Source of the DNA: a virus
Lineage: Duplodnaviria > Caudoviricetes
IMG/VR virus record: IMGVR_UViG_3300025875_000025
Location: 1-60,297 of that record
Strand: one strand, 5' to 3'
Length of the DNA stretch: 60,297 nt
Shown here: piece after piece, positions 1-9,974 of the stretch
Position numbering within the stretch: the stretch's first letter is position 1
Layout: the number at the start of each line of letters is the position of its first letter
Notes under the pieces: model-generated
What the model was told of the DNA's origin: nothing
The model's input: the letters and a program-made list of their open reading frames with translations, nothing else
Database searches by the model: none
Program-made: the position numbers and the translations under genes

Positions 1-59
1 CTCAAAGACCAGAACCCAGGTCATGTCCTTGGGCGCTGTCTCGATAGGCCGCCACTTAC

Positions 60-287
60 TCATGCCTTCTCCCTCCCCATCGCCAACCCCTTCTCCGTCA
101 GCCGCCACCCCCACCCGACGCCCGGCCGCCACAACGGCTCGCAGGCGCCCGTCTCGTTGGAGAAGGCCGACAGCATCGCCACGACGGCGCTGAGCTCGGG
201 CTCGTCGCGGGGCTCGGGGCGCCAGGAGCCGTCAGGCGGAAGCCAGGCGAGGGCGGGGGTGGGGGACTTGGTGTTCCCTACAGCCAC
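60..287 (-). CDS. Hypothetical protein, allele of 59138-59344
   Basis: PALAWLPPDGSWRPEPRDEP... matches the right-end copy; GTG start inferred. Confidence 0.65.
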   Translation of the reverse strand: MAVGNTKSPTPALAWLPPDGSWRPEPRDEPELSAVVAMLSAFSNETGACEPLWRPGVGWGWRLTEKGLAMGREKA

Positions 288-481
288 ATCAGCCTCCGCT
301 TCAGAATGCCGCACCGCAGACAACGCCGCTCCTGCACACGCCCATCTCGTCCCGGCAGCTGCCGCCAGAGCGTCCATTCGTGCAAAAGCCAGCAGCGGCC
401 GGCAGCAATTCCGGACGCTTCTCGGCTCGCCTCCACCGCAAGGCCGCGGAGATCCGCCACTGGATCGTCTGCCTCGCTCAC
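278..481 (-). CDS. Small Cys/His-rich protein
   Basis: CWLLHEW...QERRCLRCG; coupled to neighbours. Confidence 0.65.
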   Translation of the reverse strand: MSEADDPVADLRGLAVEASREASGIAAGRCWLLHEWTLWRQLPGRDGRVQERRCLRCGILKRRLMWL

Positions 482-663
482 CGCTCACCTCCCTCACCGC
501 GGATCTTCGGCACCACGCGCCACACCCCCAGCACCCGCGTGTGGCTGGCCCGCGAGAGGAACAGCCCCAGCTCCAGGTCGAACCGGGTCTGGATGACCGG
601 CGACAGCACCTGGGCACCGTCCTGGATCGTCACGACGCGCCAGTGCGTCATGGGGGTGGTCAT
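478..663 (-). CDS. Hypothetical protein (HWRVV...RVLGVWRV family)
   Basis: ATGA coupling; homologs at 59767-59952 and 59549-59770. Confidence 0.7.
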   Translation of the reverse strand: MTTPMTHWRVVTIQDGAQVLSPVIQTRFDLELGLFLSRASHTRVLGVWRVVPKIRGEGGER

Positions 664-851
664 GGCTTCGGGCCTCCGAAGGCTGCTCGTTCGGCTAGGA
701 CGCTCAGGGGGCACCAAAACAGGAAGCCAAGACCCCACCAGACCACTGAGGCCCCCTCATTGATGTCGGCCAGGCCATAGCCCAGCACAGCGCAGTCCAG
801 GACGTTGATCCGGGGGCGCAGGACGTACCGGAGAGCGGCGTTGAGCATCAT
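660..851 (-). CDS. Small membrane protein
   Basis: Hydrophobic segments; allele at 59949-60140. Confidence 0.65.
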   Translation of the reverse strand: MMLNAALRYVLRPRINVLDCAVLGYGLADINEGASVVWWGLGFLFWCPLSVLAERAAFGGPKP

Positions 852-3579
852 GTCCGGTCTCCCTCTGCGCAGAGGTCGCGGACAGTCAGCAAGGCGCCCC
901 TGATCAGCATCACCGACCGGATCAAAGACTCGTCCTGACCTTGCGCCCGCAGCGCATCAGCGATCGCGTCCAAGACGTCGATGGCACTCGCATCCCGCTC
1001 GAAGCCCAGCGCCTCGTTGATGCGGTCACGGTGGTAGCGGGTCGGGTCGGCCGTGGGGGTGGTCATGAGCGCTTCTCCCGCCAGATGCGCTGGAAGCCGT
1101 CCCACATGAGCCCGCTGATACCGCCGCCCTTCCGCTGGCGGATAAAGGAACCTTTCGGGCTCGTAATGCCGCCAACCATCGCCTGAGCGGCGCCGAGCCC
1201 CAAAATCGAAGGCTGGTCACTGGAATGGCCGGACGGCTCAACCTCTTCCACCGTCACCGTCGGCTCGCGGCAGATGCCAACCACCCGCCAAAGCTTACCT
1301 TGCCCGTCGGCGTAAATATCGCCGGGCTCTGCGTCATGAACCGACATCACCGCCAAACCTCCTCCACAATCCGGTTGTCATTCGCCCGCGCCCGCTCGAT
1401 GCGGCGCACGTCGTCCAGCGTCAGGCAGAACCCGCGCGCAATCCGCAGCGCCGCGAGGTCGCGCAGGATCGCGGTGTGGGTTGGGCAGGGGGTCATGGCG
1501 CGGCCTTCGCGGCGAGGCGGGCGGCCTCCCTCGCTTCGATCTTCTCGCGACGCACCTGCCACGACATGAAGGGGTTCGCGCTGGCGTCGAAGTCCACCGC
1601 CCGCACTAGATCAGCCCGCACATGGTTCATCCGACCTCGGCGGCGCGCCATCTCGCGCTTGGATGTGCCCGTGACGGTGATCGCCCGCTCCCAGGCGAAA
1701 TACTCCCGCACCAAGGCCGCGATCTCCTCGGCAGAAGCGGTGACGTTCGGCCGGGCGTCGCTCATGGGCGGCTGCTCCCGCCAAGCATTGAGCTAATGGC
1801 CTGGGTGAACCTCGATTGCAGCTTCTCCCGGATAGTCTGGTATTCCTCCTCTTGCCGCATGGTCCAGCGTGCGGCCGCTTGAGCGCGGAACCACGGCGCG
1901 TTACTGTGCATAGAGGCGAGATGAGGCGGCATGTCCCCCAGAAGGGCCGCCACCCTACTCTGGTACTCGCGCCGCCGATCGTGGGGCTTGAGCGTCTTGT
2001 AGAAGCCATCCCAATCGACGCTGTGAGACGGCGCACATATCCCTCTCTCGCTAGGGGCCTCGTAGGTTGACCGACCGTTCCGCGCGCTCACGACGCCACC
2101 TTGGACCGGAAGCTGCTTTGCCTTCACAGACGCCGAAGCGGCGCCCGCCCCCATGAATGCCAGAATGCCTCTGCGAGCCTGTATCATCCGCCCCTCCGAT
2201 CGAAATTCGCACAAGGCCCGCCAGAGCCGCTTTTGCCCTCCAGGGCCACACGGGTAGCGCCCACCCCCCGAAAAACGCCTCCAGCACCCCTGGATTTCGC
2301 TCTCAGACCCCATCCGCGCGCCCTCCGCCTGTCGTGTGGCTGCTCTGAGGCTTGGAAGGGCGGCCAAACGACGGTTCGACGTTGCAGAGCGGGAGCCCGA
2401 CCTCCGCCATGGCGTAGTAGGCGGCTCGCATGGCCTCGGGCGTCTCGGCGTCCCAGAAGGCTTGGAAGGCCGCCTCCTGATGCGGGGGAAGTTCTTGGAG
2501 GCCCGAAACCACCCCCTCGACCATCTCGCACCCTTCGCAAATGCGGGGCGCGCCGCAGGCAGTGCAGGTCATGCGCTCACCCTCCCCTTCAGCCCATCCC
2601 GGATCTGCTCCAGCCGCTTGCGCTTGGCCGCGAGGTACGCCGCATCGTCCGGCGACGGTTGCGCCTCCACCGCGGCCTGGGCGCGCTCGGTCGCCGTGAC
2701 CTCCAGCAGCAGGCCAAGGACCGCGTGCAGGACATCGTGGTCGGCCATCTGGCGGCCGAGGGTGGAGGGCGAGAGGTCGGTCATTCGGCGGCGTCCGGGC
2801 CGAGCAGAGCATCCCGGGCCGTCTGCCTAGCCATGACTGCGATCTGCGAATGTGGCGGACGGCACTCGTCCGGGGTGGGGCGGAAGTCCGCGATCAGCTT
2901 CAGCGCCAGCCGTAGCCGCATGATCTCTTCGGCATAGGCAATCTCGCGTTCTTCCCGACGAAGCTTGCCCGCCGTGGAAAGCGTGAAGGCCACGTCAGCC
3001 AGCAGGTCGGACTTGTCCATCACAGCACCCCCTCCCCCATCCCACCCTGCCGCGCCGCGTCCACGACGCCCTTGCGCGTGGTCATCTCGGCGCGGTCGTT
3101 GAGCCAGAGCTGCACCACCCCCAGCGCGAAGGGTGGCACCGTGGCCCCGGCGGCGAGGAGGTCGGAGGCGCGCTTGACCTGGTGGGGCTCGACGGCGGAG
3201 GGCTTGGACGAGCGGGGCGGCTGGCGGCGCTTGGCCCAGGTGGGGGCGGGCATGTCAGGTCTTCCCCAAGGCGTTGAGGCGATCGCGAAGCGCCGCGTCC
3301 ATCGTCGCGGTCTGCACTCGAAGCCTGAGCAGCGAGCCGGCGAGGGTCTGAAGGAGAGCCAGCTCCGCCGGACCGAGGGTCATCATCTCGGCAATCCGTT
3401 CGGGTGCGAGCGTCCAATTGAGCGCCGTGAGAATGTCGAGGATCGCAGCGATCTTCTGGGCGTCAGCGGGGGTGACGGTCTGGGCCATCACACCCACCCC
3501 ATGGCGACGGCGACGCTGAAGCACACCGCCATCATCGACAGGACCAGCGAGAGGGTGGCCAGGGCAAGGTTGGCCATCA
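848..3579 (-). CDS. Array of translationally coupled small hypothetical genes (848-1066, 1063-1356, 1347-1496, 1493-1765, 1762-2187, 2303-2572, 2569-2784, 2781-3023, 3020-3253, 3255-3488)
   Basis: ATGA/GTGA overlaps and GGAG RBSs; nin-like region downstream of replication genes. Confidence 0.65.
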
Positions 3580-3602
3580 GCCGCGGCTCCGGGGCTCGGA
3601 GG

Positions 3603-3752
3603 AGGAAGTGGGTTTAGTGGGTTTAGTGGGTTCCCCGCCCTCTAATCCCGTAAACTGTCCCACTTCCTCTGGTGTGTGTTCCAACTGTCCCTTCGGACAG
3701 TTTTCGCACGGCAGATAGAGGAAAGGCACTAAAGGCACTAAACCCACTTCCT
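3603..3752. repeat. Probable replication origin: convergent 9-bp iteron-like repeats
   Basis: GTGGGTTTA units at 3608-3632; perfect 17-bp inverted repeat AGGAAGTGGGTTTAGTG (3603-3619) / CACTAAACCCACTTCCT (3736-3752); immediately downstream of the primase-helicase. Confidence 0.65.
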
Positions 3753-3758
3753 TCCTCA

Positions 3759-6590
3759 TCAGTTTACCCCCTCGATCTGCCAAGTCGTCGTGCCGTCAAT
3801 CATCGGCATCTGCATGATCCGATGTCCGTCCACGATCCGATCCTTGTGGTTCATCAGCCACTTACCGAGCCTGCGGCCGTTGATCGCTCCGCCGTCACCA
3901 GCGATCGTCAGCAGCGCCTCGCGGAACTCCGGGAAGCGCAGCTCGGGCTTGGCACTGAAATCCGGCCGGCCGCTTTGGGACGGTGGGGTGTGTGTTTCGA
4001 TCGCGCGCTCGATCACCTTGCGGACGCTGACCCGCCTTTCCCCGACAGCCTCGCGCCAACCCGCGATGACGGCGGATAGCGCCTCGAGCTTCGGGTCGCT
4101 CTTGCGGGCCTCATCCATCGTATCGGTCGGGTCTTCCTGGCCGAGCCAGACCAAGGCATCGCGCACGGTTCGGCTCCAGTCGCCGAAGGAGCCAAGCGGT
4201 TTCCGGCCCTCAGGCCGCTCAGCGACGAAGTAGGCGCGCAAGATGGTCAGGGCTGCGGCGACATAGAGTCCTCGCTCTGCCTTGGCGCGATCCACCGGGT
4301 CATACTCAAACTCGCGCAGCTCCGGCCGCTCAACTCCCGGGTCAATGCGGCAGAGCAGAGCTCGGCGAGTCATGTCGCCAGAAAGCACTAAGTTGTTTCC
4401 CGTGGCAGTGACCAGCGAGTTGGTCAGCAGCTCCGGCGTCTCGCTCTTGCCCAGGATGCGCATCCTGACCATCGGCTGGGTAAGCATCTGGCAGAGCATG
4501 TCTCCGCCCACGGGTAATTCGCAGTTGTCGATCGCGACGATTTGGTCTCCGGCGAGGAGGAGGGAGGAAAGGCGCTTCTCCATTTCCACCTCGTCCTTCC
4601 CCTGGGCGATGACCGAGGCCTCTCGCCCCGTGGCGATCACGCTCGCCACGTCAACCAGCTTCGACTTGCCCGACCCCGCAGTCGGCGCCGTAAAGGCATG
4701 CATTGGGGCTGTGGGCAGCGACCGGCGGACAACTGCGGTCAGCAGCGCGGAAAGCGCGACGGACCTATCGGCATCGGATTTGAAAGGAAATGTCGAGATC
4801 AGCTTCAACAGCGCGTCGAGCGCCTTCTCGGCATGCGCCTTGGTCGGTTTCTCTCTGATCTCCGGGAACGTGGACCCACGAAGATCCAACAGCAGCCCCG
4901 TATCTGGGTCATAGCCTGACCGCGCCAGGATCGTGCCGTCCGGTCGCAGCGTCGGGGCATTGATAACCCCCGTCAGAACTGGGAGCCGCCACCGGCCGGC
5001 CCGCTGCCGGTAAGTCTCCGCCACCTTCGCTGGCGCGTCGATCGGCACCCAGCTCTCGGATCGCCCGTCGTACCGCTCCCAATCGGCCGCCGTGGTCATG
5101 GCCTCGACCAGCGCATGCACGCCGACCTCGAGCACCCGGAGGGCGTCCACCTCGCCCTTGCGGGGCACAGTCACGCGCACCTTGCCGGGGCGAACGATAA
5201 AGGCGCCGCGCTGATAGATGCCGAGATCGGCTTTCAACAGCGCGTCCTCTGCCTGATCTACGATCTCGGGCAGCTGCCCTGAGACGTAGCGGATCACCGC
5301 TGCGGCCTCGAACCCAGGCACAGCTCCGACCCGCTCCTCCCCAGGAGGTCGGTCGGCAGCCCCCAGGAAGTCCGGATCGGTCAGATCTGCCAGCCCGAGC
5401 CACCCCTCCTCGAGCATGCGCTGCACGAAATACAGACGATCCTTGTCGGTGCAGTGAGAGTGCCGGCAGTGGATCACGAAGCCTTTGTTGTTGGCTTCGC
5501 TGGCATTGGTAATGAAGGTCGCCACATCGGCGCCCGCATTGGTGTGCTGGTCCTCATTCGGACAGCGGATGTGATGCTTCACCCCATCGGCCAGGCGGCC
5601 GATGAACACCTCGGGCTTCCGTGCCCTGAGAGCCGCGACGATTTCAAACCGGAGCCCGTTGCGCCTCGCCCAGCGGCTGAGGTCGTGAACCTCGCCCTCG
5701 GCGTCCACCCACTCAGCCGGACCGCCGTTCCGAGGCTTGCGCTTCTTGCCCCGGGGGGCGGCATCGCCTTCGCCCTTGCTCGAGGTCGCGCCGAAAAGGC
5801 CGCCTTCGGCTTCAGGCGCGGCAAGCGAGAAGATGTCGCAGGCCCCGCCCTCGAGGACCGTGCTCTCGGGAGGCACACCGCCGACCGGCCGGCGCGGCAG
5901 GTAGAACAGCCTCGAGGTGTCGGTACAGGACTGGTCGTGGTCGAGCTGCAGCGCTCCGGCTAGCGCCTCGACCCGTTCCTTCCATACCGCGTTGGCTGTG
6001 GCCTGATCCTTGTAATGCGCCGAGATCCAGGGGCGATCCAAGGGAACGGCCACTCGGAATTTCGGGCATGGCGAATGCTGGAAGAACAGGTACTCCCCGT
6101 CCTCCCGAGCAATCTCGGCTCCGGCGGCCACGTCGGGCAGATAGCGCTTTTCCTCCTCGAGAAAGGCGGCGGCCAGGTTCTGGTCAGGCCCTTCTGCTTG
6201 CTGAGCCTTCCAGCGTTCCCAGTTGCTCCGCTTGACCTTCGTCTCCGTGGTCATGTGCGAGTGCGTCGAGGAGATGATGGCTGCCCAGCCGCGAGCGCGG
6301 ATCTTCTGAGCAATCTGCTCGAGCGGATACCCGGCGTCGCTGTCGAGGAAAGCCACGTCGATCCGCTCGGCCTCCTCCTTTTTCCGGCGGTCGCCGTAAA
6401 AGACGGCCGGGATGATGCAGGTGCCCTCCTTCTGCCCCTCCCCGTGCGTGGTGAGTATCTGACCAAGCGCTTCCCAGGTCAGGGCGCGCCGATCGGTCCA
6501 CCCCGTCTTCTGGGTGTAGCTGCCGAAGGTGAAGGCGTAGGTGCGGCTCGAGGCCGCTTCCCCTGGCCTATTGTCTGTCTGGGCGTTCAG
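3759..6590 (-). CDS. AEP-type primase fused to SF3-like helicase/ATPase
   Basis: N-terminal FLDSD, STHSH, KFRVAVPL; C-terminal Walker A APTAGSGKS, IVAIDN, TGNN; frame stays open upstream of 6356 to a CTG at 6590. Confidence 0.85.
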   Translation of the reverse strand: MNAQTDNRPGEAASSRTYAFTFGSYTQKTGWTDRRALTWEALGQILTTHGEGQKEGTCIIPAVFYGDRRKKEEAERIDVAFLDSDAGYPLEQIAQKIRARGWAAIISSTHSHMTTETKVKRSNWERWKAQQAEGPDQNLAAAFLEEEKRYLPDVAAGAEIAREDGEYLFFQHSPCPKFRVAVPLDRPWISAHYKDQATANAVWKERVEALAGALQLDHDQSCTDTSRLFYLPRRPVGGVPPESTVLEGGACDIFSLAAPEAEGGLFGATSSKGEGDAAPRGKKRKPRNGGPAEWVDAEGEVHDLSRWARRNGLRFEIVAALRARKPEVFIGRLADGVKHHIRCPNEDQHTNAGADVATFITNASEANNKGFVIHCRHSHCTDKDRLYFVQRMLEEGWLGLADLTDPDFLGAADRPPGEERVGAVPGFEAAAVIRYVSGQLPEIVDQAEDALLKADLGIYQRGAFIVRPGKVRVTVPRKGEVDALRVLEVGVHALVEAMTTAADWERYDGRSESWVPIDAPAKVAETYRQRAGRWRLPVLTGVINAPTLRPDGTILARSGYDPDTGLLLDLRGSTFPEIREKPTKAHAEKALDALLKLISTFPFKSDADRSVALSALLTAVVRRSLPTAPMHAFTAPTAGSGKSKLVDVASVIATGREASVIAQGKDEVEMEKRLSSLLLAGDQIVAIDNCELPVGGDMLCQMLTQPMVRMRILGKSETPELLTNSLVTATGNNLVLSGDMTRRALLCRIDPGVERPELREFEYDPVDRAKAERGLYVAAALTILRAYFVAERPEGRKPLGSFGDWSRTVRDALVWLGQEDPTDTMDEARKSDPKLEALSAVIAGWREAVGERRVSVRKVIERAIETHTPPSQSGRPDFSAKPELRFPEFREALLTIAGDGGAINGRRLGKWLMNHKDRIVDGHRIMQMPMIDGTTTWQIEGVN

Positions 6591-6596
6591 GGCGGC

Positions 6597-6911
6597 TCAC
6601 TCCGCCGTCGCGCCCGGGTGGGCCGCCTCGATCGCGGCCACCACCGCCTCGCTGAAGCGATCCGACACATCCCGCGAGGGCCACTCGAGCATGGGGACGT
6701 AGCGGATTTTGCCATCCTGCCCGCGCTGCGCGTTCCCGTCCTTATCCACCAAGGGCTTGGAGGGCAGAGATGCCCACCGCTTCCCGTGGGAAGCGTGGAC
6801 AGTCACATCCTTGATCACGAGGCCGTTGCGGAGCCTTACCGTAGCGAACCCCCGCAGCGAGTTGCGGGACATCGGCTTCCACTCAACGATCTCGAGGCTG
6901 GCGCCGCTCAT
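6597..6911 (-). CDS. SpoVG-like single-stranded DNA-binding protein
   Basis: LRGFATVRL..GLVIKDVTVH...WASLPSKP; next to primase. Confidence 0.65.
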   Translation of the reverse strand: MSGASLEIVEWKPMSRNSLRGFATVRLRNGLVIKDVTVHASHGKRWASLPSKPLVDKDGNAQRGQDGKIRYVPMLEWPSRDVSDRFSEAVVAAIEAAHPGATAE

Positions 6912-7597
6912 CCGATGTCTCCCTTCCCCATAAGCCGGAAGGGCGTTCCCGGCATGACGGTATGAATCCGGCCCGCTCGAGCCATCAGCACCTTCGGGCG
7001 TCGCGTCTGGCGCATGACCCAGCTCGCGCGAACCTCGATCAAGCCAATGAAGTGCTGGTCGTAGAAGGCGCGCTTGTGGATTGGGCAGGGATGCTTGTGG
7101 ACGACCTCTACTGCGTAGGAGATGCAGCCCTTATGCTGCACGGCCACATCCGCCACGCAGGCAACCCTCTCGCCCGCGGCATAGCCATCCACCACCGGCG
7201 GGGGAGCATGCTCCCAAGGTGCATCCTCTGCGTCCCCGAAGTCCTCATCCCAGACATCGCAAGCGCCGCGCTCGGCAGTGAAAGGATATTCCTCCCAAAT
7301 GCCCCAGGTCGGCCCAGCCCGGTTCACCCGCCATGTGATCGGCCCGAGGGAAGCATAGTTGTCGGCTCCCGCCTCCTCGGCAGCCTCCCTCAGCCACCGC
7401 ACCACTACCTCCTTGGCCGCCCGGTGCATGTAGCTCTCCCGACCGATCGTGGGCTCGGGCATGCGGAAGGCGCTTGTCGCGCGCAGCGGGACTGCGCTAC
7501 CCCTACTGAGGTCGGTCATGGAGGTGGTATCTCCTTGGCTGGCGATGGCGCCCGTTCCCCTGGCCGGGGGAGCGGGCGTTTCGGTTGAAGGGCTCAC
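6908..7597 (-). CDS. Hypothetical protein, possible PD-(D/E)XK nuclease
   Basis: VADVAV...YAVEVVHKHP; start uncertain. Confidence 0.45.
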   Translation of the reverse strand: MSPSTETPAPPARGTGAIASQGDTTSMTDLSRGSAVPLRATSAFRMPEPTIGRESYMHRAAKEVVVRWLREAAEEAGADNYASLGPITWRVNRAGPTWGIWEEYPFTAERGACDVWDEDFGDAEDAPWEHAPPPVVDGYAAGERVACVADVAVQHKGCISYAVEVVHKHPCPIHKRAFYDQHFIGLIEVRASWVMRQTRRPKVLMARAGRIHTVMPGTPFRLMGKGDIG

Positions 7598-8058
7598 CGG
7601 ATCACTCCGGCCTTACGGAACACGGCCCGCGCCTCGTCCAGCGTGGACGCGACGCCGACGTGATGGCCGAGCTGTTCCAGCCGCGCGATGCGATCTTCCT
7701 GGGCCACCGTCGTGCTGCCGCCCGGCGCCTTCAACTCAAGGAACACCACGACACCGCCGGGCCAGCAGATGGTCAGGTCAGGAACGCCACCCTTCTTGCC
7801 CAGCGCCTTGCGCCGGAACATCTGGTTGCGTGTCAACTTCTTGTCCGTCTCGTTCCGGACGTGCCAAGTCAGCGGCTCGATGTGCAGGCGCTTGAGGTAG
7901 GCCAGCACTGATCGCTGTACCTGATCTTCTGACGGCTGCGGTGCGCCCTTGATGCCCTTCGGCATACGCCGGGTCCTTGAGGCCAAGGACGGAAGCCCTG
8001 GCACCTCCAGCGCGTCCATCTCCTCGGCGAGTGTCATCCCCGGGCGCGCCAGCATCAC
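7594..8058 (-). CDS. VRR-NUC domain nuclease
   Basis: SEDQVQ...WHVRNE...GVPDL...FLELKAPGG...Q. Confidence 0.85.
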   Translation of the reverse strand: MMLARPGMTLAEEMDALEVPGLPSLASRTRRMPKGIKGAPQPSEDQVQRSVLAYLKRLHIEPLTWHVRNETDKKLTRNQMFRRKALGKKGGVPDLTICWPGGVVVFLELKAPGGSTTVAQEDRIARLEQLGHHVGVASTLDEARAVFRKAGVIR

Positions 8059-8336
8059 CGTCCAGCCCTCTCAGCCCGCAGGAGCATCATTCGCAGGGCG
8101 GGCTGGCTCATGCGGAGCCGCCGGGCGACAATGGCCTTGTCCGTGCCCCGGGCGAGCATTTCGCGGGCGCGGGTGACGCGCTCCTGTAGATCGGGCGCCG
8201 CCGGGCGGCCCTTGTTGATGGACCGCAGCCCGGCACGCACGCACCGCATCCGAAGAGCATCAGCGTCGATGTCCTCCAGGTCCGCGATCTGTGCGTAGGT
8301 GGCACCGTCCGCGAGCATCTGCGCGTAGGGGATCAT
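8055..8336 (-). CDS. HTH DNA-binding protein
   Basis: GATYAQIA and GTDKAIVARRL HTH-like segments. Confidence 0.6.
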   Translation of the reverse strand: MIPYAQMLADGATYAQIADLEDIDADALRMRCVRAGLRSINKGRPAAPDLQERVTRAREMLARGTDKAIVARRLRMSQPALRMMLLRAERAGR

Positions 8337-8352
8337 GCCGCCTCTCCCCGCC

Positions 8353-8395
8353 CAAAAAGATGCCGGGCGCGTTCCGTGAGGTCAGCGCCCGGCGA
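8353..8395 (-). terminator. Probable intrinsic terminator
   Basis: GCCGGGCGC...GCGCCCGGC followed by ATCTTTTT on the minus strand. Confidence 0.45.
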
Positions 8396-8493
8396 GTTGG
8401 TCTGGGAGGAAACACCATGATGGGGAGGAACCAGTCCCGCCTCCCCGTTCGGGGTCTGTGCGCCCGTCGCCAGGGCAAGAAGGTCGGTGGGGA

Positions 8494-8688
8494 TCAGCGC
8501 CACGGCTTGTTCTCCCGCAGCTTCTCCGCAGCCCGCTCCAGCGCAGCCTTCAGCGCTCGCATCTCGTCCAGCACTGACCCGGCAGACCAGTTGAGGAGCA
8601 CCCAGCCCGCGGCGATCTCCCCACGGACCCATCGCCAGCCCTGGCCGGAGCCGATCTGCACGACAAGGGACCTGACCTTTCTGGTCAT
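8494..8688 (-). CDS. Hypothetical protein
   Basis: GTGA-coupled to the upstream gene. Confidence 0.5.
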   Translation of the reverse strand: MTRKVRSLVVQIGSGQGWRWVRGEIAAGWVLLNWSAGSVLDEMRALKAALERAAEKLRENKPWR

Positions 8689-8975
8689 TTGTCACCATCC
8701 AGTAGCGCCTCGATTTCGGCGCGCAGTTGCGGGCATTCGCGCATGAGGGTCAGAAGGGTGGCGGAGGACGGCGAGCACTCCCCGGAAAACCAGTTCCGGA
8801 CAGCTCGCGGTGTCACTGACCTGCCAGCGAGCCTCGCCACACGCTTATCCGCCGACTTGAAATCGCCGTAGACGGTGCGAAGAACCCGGCTAACGACCTC
8901 GGTCAGGGTCTCTGTTGTGATCTCCGCAATCATGATGTGCGGAAATCCTTTTCCGCGTTTCGCCCTGTAATGCAT
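8685..8975 (-). CDS. CII-position HTH regulator
   Basis: KRVARLAG..TPRAVRNWFSGECSP; downstream of cro. Confidence 0.6.
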   Translation of the reverse strand: MHYRAKRGKGFPHIMIAEITTETLTEVVSRVLRTVYGDFKSADKRVARLAGRSVTPRAVRNWFSGECSPSSATLLTLMRECPQLRAEIEALLDGDK

Positions 8976-9175
8976 GACTCGTCCTCGTCCATGTTGGGGG
9001 CATGGAACGTGACTTCACTCAGACAACGGGAACCCGGCGGGAGGAGACGGCAATCTCCTCCCCCATCCCGCTTAGTGACAGCGCGAGCCTCAAGAATGGT
9101 TCGAGCCCCGACGCGCGCCTGGACCTGCTGCGGGTGCTCCAAGAGGTGAGCGGGCAGCGGATGGACCGGGCGCAT

Positions 9176-9469
9176 TCAGGCGCCTCCCGCAGCGTCGATA
9201 GCGGCATCCCGGTCGTAACCGAGGTCCCGGAACTTGCGGTAAAGCGGGTGGCGATGACCGCCCGGCAGCGGAATGCGACGACGAGCGCGGCGACCGGGCC
9301 GATAAGGGCCGACATCCTCACCCCGCTTGCGAGCGCGGCAAACGATGCTGCGGATCGTGACGACCGGGGCGCCGGCTGCAGCCGCGACTTCGGGGTACGG
9401 CTTGCCTTCCCGGACCATGGCGAGGACGGCGGCGTGGTCGCACTGCGGAGGGTTGGGGTTGCGGCGCAT
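9176..9469 (-). CDS. HTH protein
   Basis: GKPYPEVAAAAGAPVVTIRSIV. Confidence 0.55.
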   Translation of the reverse strand: MRRNPNPPQCDHAAVLAMVREGKPYPEVAAAAGAPVVTIRSIVCRARKRGEDVGPYRPGRRARRRIPLPGGHRHPLYRKFRDLGYDRDAAIDAAGGA

Positions 9470-9472
9470 CCC

Positions 9473-9862
9473 TCAGTACCTCATTCCGCTGGAACGGGGT
9501 CGGGCCGTTCGCCAGACCGCCCCGTTGCCCAGGTTCTCGCGGCGCCGATTGCAGCCGGATTCCTCAACCAGAGACGGCCTGAGCGTGTTCTCGAACCAAT
9601 CATCGCGGCCGCCCAGAATTGCGCGGGTGCCTGGGCCGCTCTCGCCGACGCCGTTCTCCCGGCGGCGCTTCGCGTCCGGAGACAGAACACCATGCTCAGC
9701 CATTGCGATCCGGACGGCGCCAATACTTACGCCGAAGCGTTCTGCCGCGTGTTGCGGCTCAACCCCCGCGTCAACGACAGCGGCAATTGCCTTGCGCCGA
9801 CGCGCCCGCTCGATGTGGCTGAGACGGTCGCTCACGACAGCACCGTCAGCGCCAGCCAGCAC
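9473..9862 (-). CDS. Hypothetical HTH protein
   Basis: PQHAAERFGVSIGAVRIA; start uncertain. Confidence 0.45.
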   Translation of the reverse strand: MLAGADGAVVSDRLSHIERARRRKAIAAVVDAGVEPQHAAERFGVSIGAVRIAMAEHGVLSPDAKRRRENGVGESGPGTRAILGGRDDWFENTLRPSLVEESGCNRRRENLGNGAVWRTARPRSSGMRY

Positions 9863-9974
9863 AGCCCCGCCCAGAGCACCGCACTGGAGAGCGCGATGAT
9901 GATCAGCGCGTCCCAGAACGAGGCCTGGTCCTGAGTGCAGTCGTCTTCGTCGTGGGTGGGGGAGAGGGGCGGCA

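Larger units (their letters stand above)
1..1008. repeat. Imperfect direct repeat, copy 1 (1-260 = 59079-59338; 478-1008 = 59767-60297)
   Basis: Two near-identical blocks with scattered substitutions, separated by non-homologous genes. Confidence 0.95.

Noticed and set aside
478-663. Diversity-generating retroelement TR/VR pair with 59767-59952
   Set aside because: Differences are not adenine-specific and no reverse transcriptase is present.
9002-9934. 310-aa + strand ORF
   Set aside because: Overlaps minus-strand HTH genes of the cro operon.
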